A DNA stretch of 64,000 bases from Cyanobacteria bacterium P01_A01_bin.123 (GCA_039815185.1 JBCBZT010000026.1:1-64000), one strand, 5' to 3'; positions 30,826 through 41,459 are shown, counted from the stretch's first letter. Numbers and translations are program-made. Notes: generated by a model not told the origin, from the letters alone.

Positions 30826-31440
30826 CTAATTGGGTTTGGCGATACCTTTGTAAAAATAGCCTGCGACTTTGGGGATGCTGGGTTCATAGAACCGCTCAAG
30901 CGCGAGTAGCTCGAACCGTTTGCCAATCAAAGCATCGATCGGCCGATTTATGTGGCAGCCGTCGGCGACGATCTTTTGAATCGGGGTGAGGCGATTTTGC
31001 CAGGTTTGCACCCCTGGCTCTGGGCTGAGGCCATGTTCAATAAAAAAGAAACGCCCGCTAGGTTTTAGCACGCGGTGGATTTCCTGTAGGGCTTGCTCTA
31101 CATTGGCAATGCTACACAGCGTCCAGGTACTGACGACGCTATCAAAGCTGCGATCGCCCATGGGTAGCGCCTCGCCATTGATCAGATGCGGGTCTACCGC
31201 AATTACAGATTGGGTGATCCGCCGCTGCGCGATCACATTCATCCCCGGATTCGGATCAATTACGGTTAGTTGGCTCACCGTTTCGGGGTAGTAGGCTAGA
31301 TTTAACCCGGTACCAAAGCCAATTTCTAGCACCTTGCCCGTGACATCAGCCAAAAGTTGCTGACGATGGGTGGCCATGCCCTGCCCAGACATTGACCAAT
31401 CTAAAAGCCGGGGCAAAATCTTTTGCGTGTAAAAGCTCAT
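30826..31440 (-). CDS. Class I SAM-dependent methyltransferase
   Basis: VLEIGFGTGLN, FDSVVSTWTLCSI and RVLKPSGRFFFIEHG. Confidence 0.92.
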   Translation of the reverse strand: MSFYTQKILPRLLDWSMSGQGMATHRQQLLADVTGKVLEIGFGTGLNLAYYPETVSQLTVIDPNPGMNVIAQRRITQSVIAVDPHLINGEALPMGDRSFDSVVSTWTLCSIANVEQALQEIHRVLKPSGRFFFIEHGLSPEPGVQTWQNRLTPIQKIVADGCHINRPIDALIGKRFELLALERFYEPSIPKVAGYFYKGIAKPN

Positions 31441-31481
31441 AACACTCACTCTAACGCGCTTTAATGACTCTGGGCAGTAAC

Positions 31482-31586
31482 TATAGCGCTGGCCAGATTG
31501 CTTGATGCACCTAGTGTCGCTGGGATACTCAACACACAAGCAATCTGGCTCGCCGTAGCGCACAACGCTTTGTGGCTACGGCTATA
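31482..31586. mobile_element. 105-bp MITE-like dispersed repeat with TATAGC...GCTATA ends
   Basis: Internal inverted repeat GCCAGATTGC/GCAATCTGGC; a near-identical copy is at 42623-42727. Confidence 0.8.
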
Positions 31587-31741
31587 AGTGAACTTGCATA
31601 GCTGGGTAACAGCCCCTTAATCTAACTCGCCAAACCATAGCGCTAGGACGATGCAATCCCCCCAGCATCGCTCCAGACGAGAGCTGCTCACAAGATCCTC
31701 AACTTTGCCGGTTATAACCATAGAAGATTTAGGAGAGCGTC

Positions 31742-31927
31742 ATGAATCAATGTCTTTGCTGTGACAGTGCGTTGCTACGCCACATTCGTGACAACGCCAT
31801 TTACTGGTATTGCCCGAGCTGCCGTCAGGAGATGCCGAAGGCAATGGCCCCCATTAACTGCGAACTGTCTGCCGAATTTCGCCTGACCCTAACGAAAACT
31901 CCTGTTCTAATGACAAATAGCTATTGA
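31742..31927 (+). CDS. Small cyanobacterial Cys-rich (zinc-ribbon-like) protein
   Basis: MNQCLCC...LLRHIR...YWYCPSCRQEMP; AGGAG ribosome-binding site upstream. Confidence 0.7.
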   Translation: MNQCLCCDSALLRHIRDNAIYWYCPSCRQEMPKAMAPINCELSAEFRLTLTKTPVLMTNSY

Positions 31928-31985
31928 GATGGAGTTAACGTGAGGGCAATTTGTCAGGGTGATAGTTGTCTAGACTGCCAATTAG

Positions 31986-34900
31986 TCATGGAACCTTGCC
32001 AAAGCCGCCACCGCCAGGCGTCTCAATCACAAATACATCTCCCTCATTCATCGCGATCGCATCCTGACTTTTGAGCACCTCAACCCCACCATCCTTGTGT
32101 TCAACCCAATTACGACCCACTGCCCCCGATTCTCCCCCTGCCAACCCAAATGGCGGCACCTGGCGATGGCCTGAAAGAATCGCCGCCGTCATCGGTTCAC
32201 GAAATTCAATTTGACGGATAATGCCGTCACCCCCTCGATGTTTGCCCGCACCACCGCTATCGGGACGAATGGCAAACTGCCGGAGTAGTACTGGAAAACG
32301 CCACTCCAAAACTTCTGGATCAGTCAGGCGCGAATTGGTCATATGGGTATGCACTGCATCAGTACCGTCAAAGTCTGGCCCAGCACCAGAACCGCCGCAG
32401 ATGGTTTCGTAATACTGATGCTGAGCATTGCCAAAGGTGAAATTATTCATCGTGCCTTGAGAAGCGGCCATCACACCTAAGGCCCCATAAAGGGCGTCAG
32501 TGATCGCCTGGGAGGTTTCCACATTACCCGCCACCACCGCTGCTGGCGGCTCGGGATTCAGCATAGACCCTTTGGGAATAATGATTTCCAAAGGTTTGAG
32601 GCAGCCTGCATTGAGCGGAATATCATCGTCGACCAGGGTGCGAAAGACATAGAGCACAGCAGCTTTGCCAACAGCTGCAGGGGCATTAAAGTTCGTGATG
32701 CGTTGGGGAGAGGTATCCGTGAAGTCGATGGTAGCGCTGCGATTATCGCGATCAATAGCAACTCTCACCGTAATCTGGCTGCCATCATCCATCGGATAAG
32801 TAAACGTCCCGTCTTTCAACACGCCAAGCACTTGCCGCACACAGGCTTCAGCATTGTCTTGTACATGCTGCATGTAGGATTGCACCGTCTCAAGGCTGTA
32901 ATGAGCCACCATTTTCTGTAGTTCTTGCACTCCTTTTTCGTTAGCAGCGATTTGAGCCTGTAGATCGGCTAAATTTTGATCCGGGTTGCGTGCGGGGTAA
33001 GGTGCTGACGCCAACAGTTCCCGGAATTTAGCTGCGCGAAACTGGCCTTGATCCACAAGTTGAAAGTTGTCAATCAGCACCCCTTCTTCTTCGATGGTGG
33101 TGCTGGTGGGGGGCATAGAGCCTGGGGTGATGCCGCCGATGTCGGCGTGGTGGCCTCGGGAGGCGACGTAGAAGTGGGGGGATGGGGGAATAGAGGGATG
33201 GGGGGATGAGGAGATTGAGGAGCCAGCTAAAAAAACGGGGGTGATGACGGTTACGTCGGGGAGGTGGGTGCCGCCGTTGTAGGGGTTGTTGAGGACGTAT
33301 ACATCTCCTGGTTTGAGTGAGGCTGCTTTAGCGTAGATTAGGCTTTGCACACTTTCGCCCATGGACCCTAGATGCACTGGAATGTGGGGGGCGTTGGCGA
33401 CAAGTTGCCCGTGGGCATCAAAGAGGGCACAGGAGAAATCTAGGCGCTCTTTGATATTGACTGAATAGCTGGTGTTTTGTAGGGTGACGCCCATTTCTTC
33501 TGCGATCGCGCGGAAGAGGTTGTTGAAGATTTCGAGTAGGACGGGGTCGGGGGGAGATAGGGGAGTGGGGGAGTGGGGGAGTGGGCTTCGACGTGAGCTC
33601 AGCCGAACGGGAGTGGGGGAGTCATTGGGGGCTTGAGGCTGGTCTTGATTATCTTGAGTGGTTCTATCTGTTATATCTATGGTTTTGCCGTCTATCGCGG
33701 GTGGTGCTGAATGGTGTTTCAAAATCAGGTGGTTTTTGGCGGTGACTGTAGCGTCCCAGTTGGGTTCGATGACGTTGGTGCCGGTGGGTTCAATGATCAG
33801 GGCGGGGCCAGGGATGCGATCGCCGGGGCACAAGCTTTCGCGTCGATAGACTGGGGTGTTGTGCCACTGGCGGCAGGTGTAGAGGGGGACAGTAGTTTCG
33901 GGGTTTAGGGGGGTAGTGCGCTGGAGGAAGATGGGGGTTTCTTCGGGGACGGGGGTTTTGCCGATGACTTCTACGGCGGCGGTTTCGACAACTAATGATT
34001 TGTCGGGCATGGTGAAGCCGTAGCGTTGCTGGTGAGCTTGGTGGAAGGCAGTGGCCATAGTGTCGAGGGGGGCGTAGTCGACGGCGATCGCGGCGTCAGT
34101 ACCCGCATAGCGCAGATAAACTCGGGGCTGCACCACAATGGGATCTTGAGAGGTCAGTGGCGAGTCATCCCTGAGGCTTGCAATCCCCTGCTGAGCTAAG
34201 TCGGTGCGGCCCGAAAGAGCTAGATCGTCTAGGGTGCGCTGCAAAGACGCCATCACTTCAGAATCTAAAGGTTGTTCCACAGATCGCTCGCCCAACGATC
34301 GCACATCTGCTAACCCCATACCATAGGCCGACAGCACCCCAGCATAGGGATGGATAAAGATTTCGGTCATGCCAAGTGCTTCGGCAATCAGGCAGGCGTG
34401 TTGTCCACCCGCACCGCCAAAACAGCAGAGGGCATACTCCGACACGTCATGGCCCCGTTGGGTAGAGATTTTTTTGATGGCGTTGGCCATTTTTTCGATC
34501 GCGATCGCCAAAAACCCAGTAGCAACTTCCTCCGGTAGTCTGACATCACCCGTTTCTTGCTCAATTTGCGCCGCTAAGGCCTCAAACTTTTGCCGCACAA
34601 TAGCTGAATCCAGGGGCAAATCTCCCCCCGACCCAAACACAGCGGGAAAGAATTCGGGTTGGAGCTTACCCACCATCACGTTGCAGTCTGTTACCGCCAA
34701 CGGCCCACCATTGCGGTAGCAGGCTGGCCCCGGATACGCCCCTGCTGACGCTGGCCCCACCCGATAACGACTACCATCAAAGCTGAGAATCGACCCACCC
34801 CCGGCTGCCACAGTGTGGATCGCCATCATCGGGGCTCGTAATCGCACCCCAGCAACCTCAGTTTCAAAGGTGCGCTCATACTCTCCGCTGTAATGGGATA

Positions 34901-35837
34901 CATCGGTAGAGGTGCCGCCCATATCAAAGCCAATGATTTTGTCGTAACCCGCCATACGACTGGTCTGCACCGCGCCTACAATACCCCCTGCTGGCCCCGA
35001 GAGAATGCTGTCCTTCCCTTGAAATAGAGCGGCATCAGTCAGGCCACCGTTAGACTGCATAAACATTAGGCGAGTCCCATTGTCTTGTCCCTCTGGCAAT
35101 GCCGAATTCTCCTGCCCCAGCGCTGCCGCAATCCGATCCACATAGCGGCGCAAAATCGGTGAAAGATAGGCATCAACAACGGTGGTGTCGCCCCGACTGA
35201 TCAGCTTAATCAGGGGACTGACTTGGTGAGAGACGGAGATTTGGGTGAAGCCAATTTGTTTGGCTAAGGCGGCTAGGTGTTGTTCGTGGCTAGGGTAGCG
35301 ATAGCCATGCATCAACACAATGGCACAGGCGCGGATTCCCCCATCATAGGCCGCTTGTAAATCAGCCAGGATGCGCTGATCTGTCGCTGGCGTGATGGGT
35401 GTTAAAACCTCTCCTTGGGCATTGATACGTTCTTCAACTCCAAGCACCTGTTCAAAGAGCATTTCAGGCAGTTCGATGTGGCGGGCAAAAATCTGGGGAC
35501 GGTTTTGATAGCCAATTCTGAGGGCGTCACAAAAGCCTGCGGTAGTCAGCAGCAGGGTGCGATCGCCCTGGCGCTCTAACAAGGCATTAGTGGCAACCGT
35601 AGTCCCCATTTTGATCGCAGCAATGTGCTCAGCCGGAATCGGCACGTTCGGGGCCAATCCCAACAGATCTCGAATCCCTTGCAGCGGCGCATCTGCGTAG
35701 CGATCAGGATTTTCAGAGAGCAGCTTGTGCACCACAAACGTGTGATCCGGTCGCTGGGCCACAATGTCAGTGAACGTACCCCCGCGATCGATCCAAAACT
35801 GCCACTCCCCTGCCGTTGTCGACCTCGATATCGCCAT
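31986..35837 (-). CDS. ATP-dependent 5-oxoprolinase (fused hydantoinase A/B)
   Basis: [50 protein letters not shown] and TPGGGGFG. Confidence 0.95.
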   Translation of the reverse strand: MAISRSTTAGEWQFWIDRGGTFTDIVAQRPDHTFVVHKLLSENPDRYADAPLQGIRDLLGLAPNVPIPAEHIAAIKMGTTVATNALLERQGDRTLLLTTAGFCDALRIGYQNRPQIFARHIELPEMLFEQVLGVEERINAQGEVLTPITPATDQRILADLQAAYDGGIRACAIVLMHGYRYPSHEQHLAALAKQIGFTQISVSHQVSPLIKLISRGDTTVVDAYLSPILRRYVDRIAAALGQENSALPEGQDNGTRLMFMQSNGGLTDAALFQGKDSILSGPAGGIVGAVQTSRMAGYDKIIGFDMGGTSTDVSHYSGEYERTFETEVAGVRLRAPMMAIHTVAAGGGSILSFDGSRYRVGPASAGAYPGPACYRNGGPLAVTDCNVMVGKLQPEFFPAVFGSGGDLPLDSAIVRQKFEALAAQIEQETGDVRLPEEVATGFLAIAIEKMANAIKKISTQRGHDVSEYALCCFGGAGGQHACLIAEALGMTEIFIHPYAGVLSAYGMGLADVRSLGERSVEQPLDSEVMASLQRTLDDLALSGRTDLAQQGIASLRDDSPLTSQDPIVVQPRVYLRYAGTDAAIAVDYAPLDTMATAFHQAHQQRYGFTMPDKSLVVETAAVEVIGKTPVPEETPIFLQRTTPLNPETTVPLYTCRQWHNTPVYRRESLCPGDRIPGPALIIEPTGTNVIEPNWDATVTAKNHLILKHHSAPPAIDGKTIDITDRTTQDNQDQPQAPNDSPTPVRLSSRRSPLPHSPTPLSPPDPVLLEIFNNLFRAIAEEMGVTLQNTSYSVNIKERLDFSCALFDAHGQLVANAPHIPVHLGSMGESVQSLIYAKAASLKPGDVYVLNNPYNGGTHLPDVTVITPVFLAGSSISSSPHPSIPPSPHFYVASRGHHADIGGITPGSMPPTSTTIEEEGVLIDNFQLVDQGQFRAAKFRELLASAPYPARNPDQNLADLQAQIAANEKGVQELQKMVAHYSLETVQSYMQHVQDNAEACVRQVLGVLKDGTFTYPMDDGSQITVRVAIDRDNRSATIDFTDTSPQRITNFNAPAAVGKAAVLYVFRTLVDDDIPLNAGCLKPLEIIIPKGSMLNPEPPAAVVAGNVETSQAITDALYGALGVMAASQGTMNNFTFGNAQHQYYETICGGSGAGPDFDGTDAVHTHMTNSRLTDPEVLEWRFPVLLRQFAIRPDSGGAGKHRGGDGIIRQIEFREPMTAAILSGHRQVPPFGLAGGESGAVGRNWVEHKDGGVEVLKSQDAIAMNEGDVFVIETPGGGGFGKVP

Positions 35838-35920
35838 AGTTCTGCAAAAGTTGAAAACTGGTTAGAATTTCTCTAATGCTAATCATTTCGAGTCTTGATC
35901 ATGGCAAGACCACCTCACCA

Positions 35921-36115
35921 ATGAGCCAAGCAGCTTCAGCCCAGACTCAGTATTTAACGCTTGAAGCATATCTCGCCTACGATGACGGCACCGATACTCG
36001 CTATGAATTGGTCGATGGAGAGTTAATTGTCATGCCTCCCGAGAGCGATCTCATTTGGACAGCGATCGCTCCTGATTTTTCACTAACCCCAGATGAAATT
36101 TTTGATCAAGGATAA
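35921..36115 (+). pseudogene. Internally deleted Uma2-family gene remnant
   Basis: The Uma2 N-terminus ([30 protein letters not shown]) is joined directly to a C-terminal-type tail ([18 protein letters not shown]); the catalytic core is absent. Confidence 0.75.
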
Positions 36116-36290
36116 TGTCAGTCGAGATAAGCACCCAGCGAATAGATATAGCTTTGTGGCTACCGCTATACTGCTGCCAGCCCTATCTCGAACTCAGCAT
36201 ATTTAAGCCCCAGAAAGTCCTTTTGAATGGCATCTCTGGGGCATGTTGTTGTGCTTATTGCGCTAGAAAACGATGTAGTCAGGGTTATTT

Positions 36291-37322
36291 CTAGCTATCA
36301 CCGCCATCATCGTCGTCATCGTCACCGCCATCATCGTCATCATCGCCTGAGCTTGTGCTTTCAGTTGTGGTTTCGGTTGTCGTTTCAGTCGTCGTTTCTT
36401 GGCGAGTGCCAAAAATATCCACAATGTACGATGATGAAATGCTTTCAAGCTGCCCTAAACTCACTAAGGCTTGGTGAACAAAAGCGCACGCCTCAGCTCG
36501 TGTCACCACCTCAAAGGGCTTAAGTTCATCAACATCGGGATAATTAACGATAATCCCCTTTTCGGTCAATGCGGCAATCACCGTACGATACTCGGCCGGA
36601 ATAGAGCTAGCGTCAGAAAACACACTTAAAATCTGCTCTACGCTATTGCCAGAGGTGACTTCGGTGTACCCCAAAGCTTGAGCTAGCATCACCAACATCT
36701 CTAGTTTGGTCAGGGATGCATTGGGGTTGATCGATCCGCCAGTCCCCAAGTTCAGAAAACCCATGGAATAGGCTTTCTGAATTGCACTGTAAGCCCAATG
36801 ACTTTGGGAGATGCTACTCAGCGCCACCACCTCACGCACAGCGGTTATGTTAAAGGCTTGTGAAACGATGGAAGCGTATTGCGCTTTCGTTAGCGAGTTG
36901 GCTGGCAGAAACTCATCGTCAGGGAAGCCAATCACAATATTGAGGGACGATAGCTGATAAATGAAGTTCCTTGCCCAGTAGGAAGTACTGATGTCGGTAT
37001 AGGTCACCGTTGTGGTTGTGGTCGTTGTGCTGTTGGAGCTACTCCCACCATCATCATCATCATCATCATCATCGTCGTCGCTTTCTCCCCCATCATCATC
37101 GTCATCCCCGCCACCATCATCATCGTCGTCGTCATCATCTTTGAGCTGCTCTTGAGCGCCGGATTCAATAGATTCAGCGGTATCTTTTGTGCCAGAAGTC
37201 GTGTCGAGGTCTTGAGCCATGCTGCCTGTTGCCATCAGGGATACGATACAGGCAATTGCAAACGCCAGCATACCTGTTAAGGCAGTGGTTCTTGTTAGTA
37301 ATTTGAAGCGTAGTTGGGGCAT
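36291..37322 (-). CDS. Exported S-layer homology (SLH) domain protein with poly-Asp and Thr-rich tracts
   Basis: Signal peptide; three SLH repeats (YTDISTSYWA...GFPDDEFLP; HWAYSAIQKA; FSDASSIP...IVNYPD...TRAEA); DDDDDDD tracts at both ends. Confidence 0.85.
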   Translation of the reverse strand: MPQLRFKLLTRTTALTGMLAFAIACIVSLMATGSMAQDLDTTSGTKDTAESIESGAQEQLKDDDDDDDDGGGDDDDDGGESDDDDDDDDDDGGSSSNSTTTTTTTVTYTDISTSYWARNFIYQLSSLNIVIGFPDDEFLPANSLTKAQYASIVSQAFNITAVREVVALSSISQSHWAYSAIQKAYSMGFLNLGTGGSINPNASLTKLEMLVMLAQALGYTEVTSGNSVEQILSVFSDASSIPAEYRTVIAALTEKGIIVNYPDVDELKPFEVVTRAEACAFVHQALVSLGQLESISSSYIVDIFGTRQETTTETTTETTTESTSSGDDDDDGGDDDDDDGGDS

Positions 37323-37566
37323 CTTTAATTCAACTCCACGGATAAACAGCGCAACTTCATAGACAGTCAAATAAGAGGCAAAACTATACCTAGCTCGTTA
37401 ACTTGCCCTTAGAGACTGCATGCTCTGTAATGCCGTGACCGCGCCACACACCTTAAGTTCCCAGAATTACGGGAAATCACTCGAATTTGAAACAAAGCTG
37501 TATATTTAGCAGTATTTCTTACGGTTGCTTCGTGCTGTTGCTTTTGGAGATGCAAGTAATTGTTGG

Positions 37567-38952
37567 TTAAGGCTGTAGTGGCAGTAGCGGAGTCTCCAAA
37601 GGGACTATCCAGGGGGCAGGCGGACTTGATTGCGTAACTTTTGACAGATCAACCGCAGGATTAATCAAAAGCTGTGACGATCGCCCGTTGAGTGAAGCCA
37701 TCACTCTGGCTCGCACTTCTGCGGGTTGATCTTCAACCGTGGGAAATTGGCTGGCTAAATAATGACTGAATTGCAACACCATATCAGGGCGACTGGCCAT
37801 CTTACGTGTTTGCCATCGCGTCAAAACCGTTTCAGGCATGACCCGTTCAACCCAGCCACTCGTTGGATCCCGCACAAAAAACACTGCTTTAGCCTCTTTA
37901 TCCCGCAGTTTCATATGCCAAGCAAAGCGGTGTCCTTCTTCCGTCCAGTTCACATTGCCGGGGTAGACATAATGGCGCAGGGGTAACGTACATTGGGCGA
38001 TGACATAAAGTGCGATCGCCGCCATGCCCAATTTCTGCTGTATCCCTGCGGGTTTATCTGCTGCTTGAGCCTGATCTGAATCTATCAGTGAGCTGTGGTG
38101 CTTGATCCGAAACAGTTGCTTCACGAGCCGACGAGGCCAACTGGGTTCAAAAAACATCGCCGTTGCGGCAATCATAAACCAAGGAAAAATACCGATAGAA
38201 AATAGATAGGCATTAGTCAAATGAAACAGCACCGCGATCGCAAATGCAATCCATCGCGTTCGTTTCCACACCAATAATGGCACTACCAGTAAGTCGAGGA
38301 ATAATCCACTATAGCTCAGTAAATAAACCATCCAAGCCTGATCAAAATACTGCCCAATCAGCGGAAAATCCATCGATTCTAATAGCCACATCCCCATGGG
38401 TTGGCCCCGCAACCAGTCACCATTGAGTTTGGCAATGCCGCCAAAGAAATAAGGCACCCCAATTTGGAATCGCAACAGCCAAAGCGTCCAAGCCGGTACC
38501 GTCTGCGATCGCAAACGGGGCGATCGCCAACTATCAATTGAAAAGGTGCGATGGGCAGGCATGATCACCATCAACCCACTCAGCAAGCAAATCAAATAGA
38601 AATGGTTGAGATAACGGGCTTGTTCAAGCAAAAAGATGTAGGTAAACCCGATAAAAAACAGCAGCGTACTCACCCGGTAAAACCACCCTATGGTGATGAA
38701 CACTGTGAGGGCTCCCAACGCTGCCATGTGCCAATACATCAACTCCCCCGGCCAAGGGGAAACCCAGCCAAATCCCGCATAGGTAAAGTGAAATGAAGGA
38801 CTGATCCAGTAAGCCCGAATCCAATCGTGGCTAAAATAACGTCCGACCTCCCACAGCATTATTAGCCCAAACGCCACGCGAAAATAAACCAGCGCTGCAA
38901 TATCAACCGGGGCAAACCGTTGCTGTTGGGCAAATTGAACAACCGATTTCAC
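37567..38952 (-). CDS. HTTM / vitamin K-dependent gamma-carboxylase-like membrane protein
   Basis: FRVAFG, YLNHFYL, YFFGGIAKLNGDWL, FSIGIFPW, WTEEGHRFAWHMKL and SLNGR. Confidence 0.88.
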   Translation of the reverse strand: MKSVVQFAQQQRFAPVDIAALVYFRVAFGLIMLWEVGRYFSHDWIRAYWISPSFHFTYAGFGWVSPWPGELMYWHMAALGALTVFITIGWFYRVSTLLFFIGFTYIFLLEQARYLNHFYLICLLSGLMVIMPAHRTFSIDSWRSPRLRSQTVPAWTLWLLRFQIGVPYFFGGIAKLNGDWLRGQPMGMWLLESMDFPLIGQYFDQAWMVYLLSYSGLFLDLLVVPLLVWKRTRWIAFAIAVLFHLTNAYLFSIGIFPWFMIAATAMFFEPSWPRRLVKQLFRIKHHSSLIDSDQAQAADKPAGIQQKLGMAAIALYVIAQCTLPLRHYVYPGNVNWTEEGHRFAWHMKLRDKEAKAVFFVRDPTSGWVERVMPETVLTRWQTRKMASRPDMVLQFSHYLASQFPTVEDQPAEVRARVMASLNGRSSQLLINPAVDLSKVTQSSPPAPWIVPLETPLLPLQP

Positions 38953-39174
38953 AATGCTCTAGCCATGACGGACAAGAGTGTTGACCCGTTCACAGGCTAA
39001 ATCTGTTCCTTAACGCAACCATGCGTTACAACATCTGCCACCCTTTAGAGATTATCTAGGGCGTGCCATCAATTAAGCGCCCTGGAGCGATCGCGTTTTT
39101 TTAACCCTTCCAATCAATCAGCGATCGCATTCTTTAATTCGCCCCAACAAGTCACAGAAGGCGATCGCACTGAG

Positions 39175-39918
39175 TTAGCGCAATCTGTATCCCGTGTAAT
39201 CGCAGGTATTGATCTGGCGCTCAGTAATCTGTCGGCCATCTGACAGATTAGCGTAGAAGTCATACGCACAAGATGAGCTTTCGAGCGTAAGTTCTACGGA
39301 ACGACCTGAGGGTAAGACACCATTTAAGTCATTAGATCCCCAATCGGAGCCACTAGAGGGAGCTAAATACAAAGCCTCAACCGTTGCCCCGGTATTGTTA
39401 ACCATCCTAAACACTCTATTATCATTTGAACCCCCACCATTTTGGGCTAATTCTCGGCATTGCTGATTAGCATAGCCAGGGTCGAAAATTGCACTCAAGG
39501 TGTTAAAGCAAGTTGAGAAGGGTTCATTGGGTGACTGTCCTGCCAACATGCCTTTGCACTGGTCTAGCGCATAGCCAGGATCGAAAATTGCACTCAAGGT
39601 ACCGAAACAAGTTGAGAAGGGTTCGTTGGGTGACTGCCCTGCTAACATGTCTTTACATTGGTCTAGCGCATAGCCAGGGTCGAAAATTGCACTCAAGGTG
39701 CCAAAACAAGTTGAGAAGGGCTCATTGAGTGACTGCCCTGCCAACATGTCTTTGCACTGGTCTAGCGCATAACCAGGATCGAAAGCTGCACTCAAGTTGC
39801 TAAAACAAGTTGAGAAGGAGTCGCTCTGCTGCTGTGCATTGACAGGCGGGCTTAAGACTATAGCAGCGCTGAATGTTGCTAATGAGAAAAATTTAGCTAT
39901 CTGTAAATCGCGAACCAT
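39175..39918 (-). CDS. Secreted protein with four 33-aa two-Cys repeats and a C-terminal beta-rich domain
   Basis: Signal peptide ending PPVNA; repeats FSTCFxxLSAxFDPGYALDQCKxMLAGQSxNEP; C-terminal VNNTGATVEALYLAPSSGSDWG...CAYD...INTC. Confidence 0.8.
   Translation of the reverse strand: MVRDLQIAKFFSLATFSAAIVLSPPVNAQQQSDSFSTCFSNLSAAFDPGYALDQCKDMLAGQSLNEPFSTCFGTLSAIFDPGYALDQCKDMLAGQSPNEPFSTCFGTLSAIFDPGYALDQCKGMLAGQSPNEPFSTCFNTLSAIFDPGYANQQCRELAQNGGGSNDNRVFRMVNNTGATVEALYLAPSSGSDWGSNDLNGVLPSGRSVELTLESSSCAYDFYANLSDGRQITERQINTCDYTGYRLR
39455..39820 (-). repeat. 99-bp coding tandem repeat (about 4 copies)
   Basis: AAGTTGAGAAGG recurs at ~39510, 39609, 39708 and 39807. Confidence 0.92.
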
Positions 39919-40087
39919 GTGAGTGTGTATCTCCAACCCTTAAATCGGTAGCCTGAATAATTTGTAGGACGGGTATAGCCCAGAGGGCCTTTTAGAAATA
40001 GAAAAGCGCTAGCACAACCCCTACAGGCGTTGGTTTATCCTGCGGGAAGCAAGCTACGTTTCTCAACCACAATACCTACGCTTAAGC

Positions 40088-40247
40088 GGATGTTTGAGAA
40101 GTATCCAATGTCATGCTGAACGGCACGATTGCGTAGTGAAGCATCTCGACGTAGCAGTTTCAAACTTAGATTTTGTCCTTCGATAAGCAAGCCGCGTTGC
40201 GCTTTACTCCTCTCGGAATAGCAAGTTGTTTAACCTCTCAATCATCC
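40088..40247. mobile_element. MITE-like element with imperfect 14-bp terminal inverted repeats
   Basis: GGATGTTTGAGAAG at 40088 versus CCTCTCAATCATCC at 40234-40247 (2 mismatches to the reverse complement); internal GTCATGCTGAAC...GTGAAGCATCT motif. Confidence 0.55.
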
Positions 40248-40354
40248 TTTAATTACGACCACTGACTTAGGGCTGAGTTCCATCAATAATGATGGAATTC
40301 ATTAATTAGTACCAGAGTCACTGCGTCCTATCCCTGCCCGTAGTACCAGAGTCA

Positions 40355-41398
40355 TTATTGATTGATCTGTCGTTTAAGCTGCCGCACAGTTTGATACATC
40401 TCAGGTAAGCGATTATAAATAGCTGAAACCTTGAGCCACACCCGATTTGGCACAGCCGGGGTGCCTGACACAATTTCCTTGGGGCCAACGTCGCGGTGGA
40501 GTCCGGCTTGGGCGGTGGCGATCGCGCCGTCGCCAATCGTCACATCATTGCTGACACCAACCTGTCCAGCCAACAAGACTCCATTGCCCACCCGCACCCG
40601 TCCCGCCATACCCACTTGGGCAGACAGGGCTGAACTTTGACCAATGCGGCAGCCATGTCCCACCTGTACTAAGTTGTCGAGTTTGGTGTTACGGCCAATG
40701 CGGGTTTCACCGGTGGCCGGGCGATCGATGGTGGAGTTGCATCCCACTTCCACATTGTCTTCGAGTACGACATGGCCTGACTGGTGCATCTTCACCATGC
40801 CCCGGGGTGTCGGGACAAAGCCAAACCCTTCAGACCCCACCACTGCTCCCGCATGAATCACACAGTCGGTGCCAATTTGGCTGCGTTCCTGGATAACGCA
40901 GTTGGCATGGAGCACTGTGCGATCGCCGATTTTAGCATCGGGATAAATCGTCACATTGGGATGAATGCAGACCTGATCGCCAATGGTGACACCGGGTTGC
41001 ACCACCACGTGGGCACCGATATGCACTTGCTGCCCGACCGTTGCGGACGGGTGAATCACCGCAGAGGCGTGAATCTCTGGCGCTGGGTGAAAGGGTTGAT
41101 AAAACAGCGCGATCGCGTGGGCAAACGCCAATCGCGGATCAGCCGCCGCCACCCACGGGATGCTGCGTTGATCAGCGCGGGACTGTAACGTCGCATCAGT
41201 GGGCAGAATTAACGCACTGGCCTGGGTTGTCTCAAGATATTCAGCATACTTCTCCCCCTCGATATAGCTGATCTGGCCGGGGGTGGCTTCGGCGATCGCG
41301 GCAACACCTGTTAAGTCAACCGCTGGGTCGGGCTGGGTTTCAAGGCTGTTTGTTTGAATCGCCGAGCCAAGTTGGCTAACCAGTTCGCTAAATTTCAT
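40355..41398 (-). CDS. lpxD: UDP-3-O-(3-hydroxymyristoyl)glucosamine N-acyltransferase
   Basis: Hexapeptide repeats, GSEGFGF, TIDRPATGET and KLDNLVQVGH. Confidence 0.96.
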   Translation of the reverse strand: MKFSELVSQLGSAIQTNSLETQPDPAVDLTGVAAIAEATPGQISYIEGEKYAEYLETTQASALILPTDATLQSRADQRSIPWVAAADPRLAFAHAIALFYQPFHPAPEIHASAVIHPSATVGQQVHIGAHVVVQPGVTIGDQVCIHPNVTIYPDAKIGDRTVLHANCVIQERSQIGTDCVIHAGAVVGSEGFGFVPTPRGMVKMHQSGHVVLEDNVEVGCNSTIDRPATGETRIGRNTKLDNLVQVGHGCRIGQSSALSAQVGMAGRVRVGNGVLLAGQVGVSNDVTIGDGAIATAQAGLHRDVGPKEIVSGTPAVPNRVWLKVSAIYNRLPEMYQTVRQLKRQINQ

Positions 41399-41459
41399 CG
41401 TGTATGTGACCCAGAGAAATCCGGTATAGGATAAACGCCAGATTCAGCATACCGTAACG

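Noticed and set aside
31441..31563. N-terminal extension of the methyltransferase, and similarly ORFs 42590-42814 and 42621-42893
   Set aside because: These frames run through the 105-bp repeat element and are not gene-like.
39455..39820. Regular repeats as a CRISPR array
   Set aside because: The 99-bp units are in-frame coding repeats with no unique spacers.
40307..40354. Repeat-spacer-repeat pattern as a mini CRISPR array
   Set aside because: There are only two 14-bp repeats with a 20-nt spacer and no cas genes; this is too short for CRISPR.
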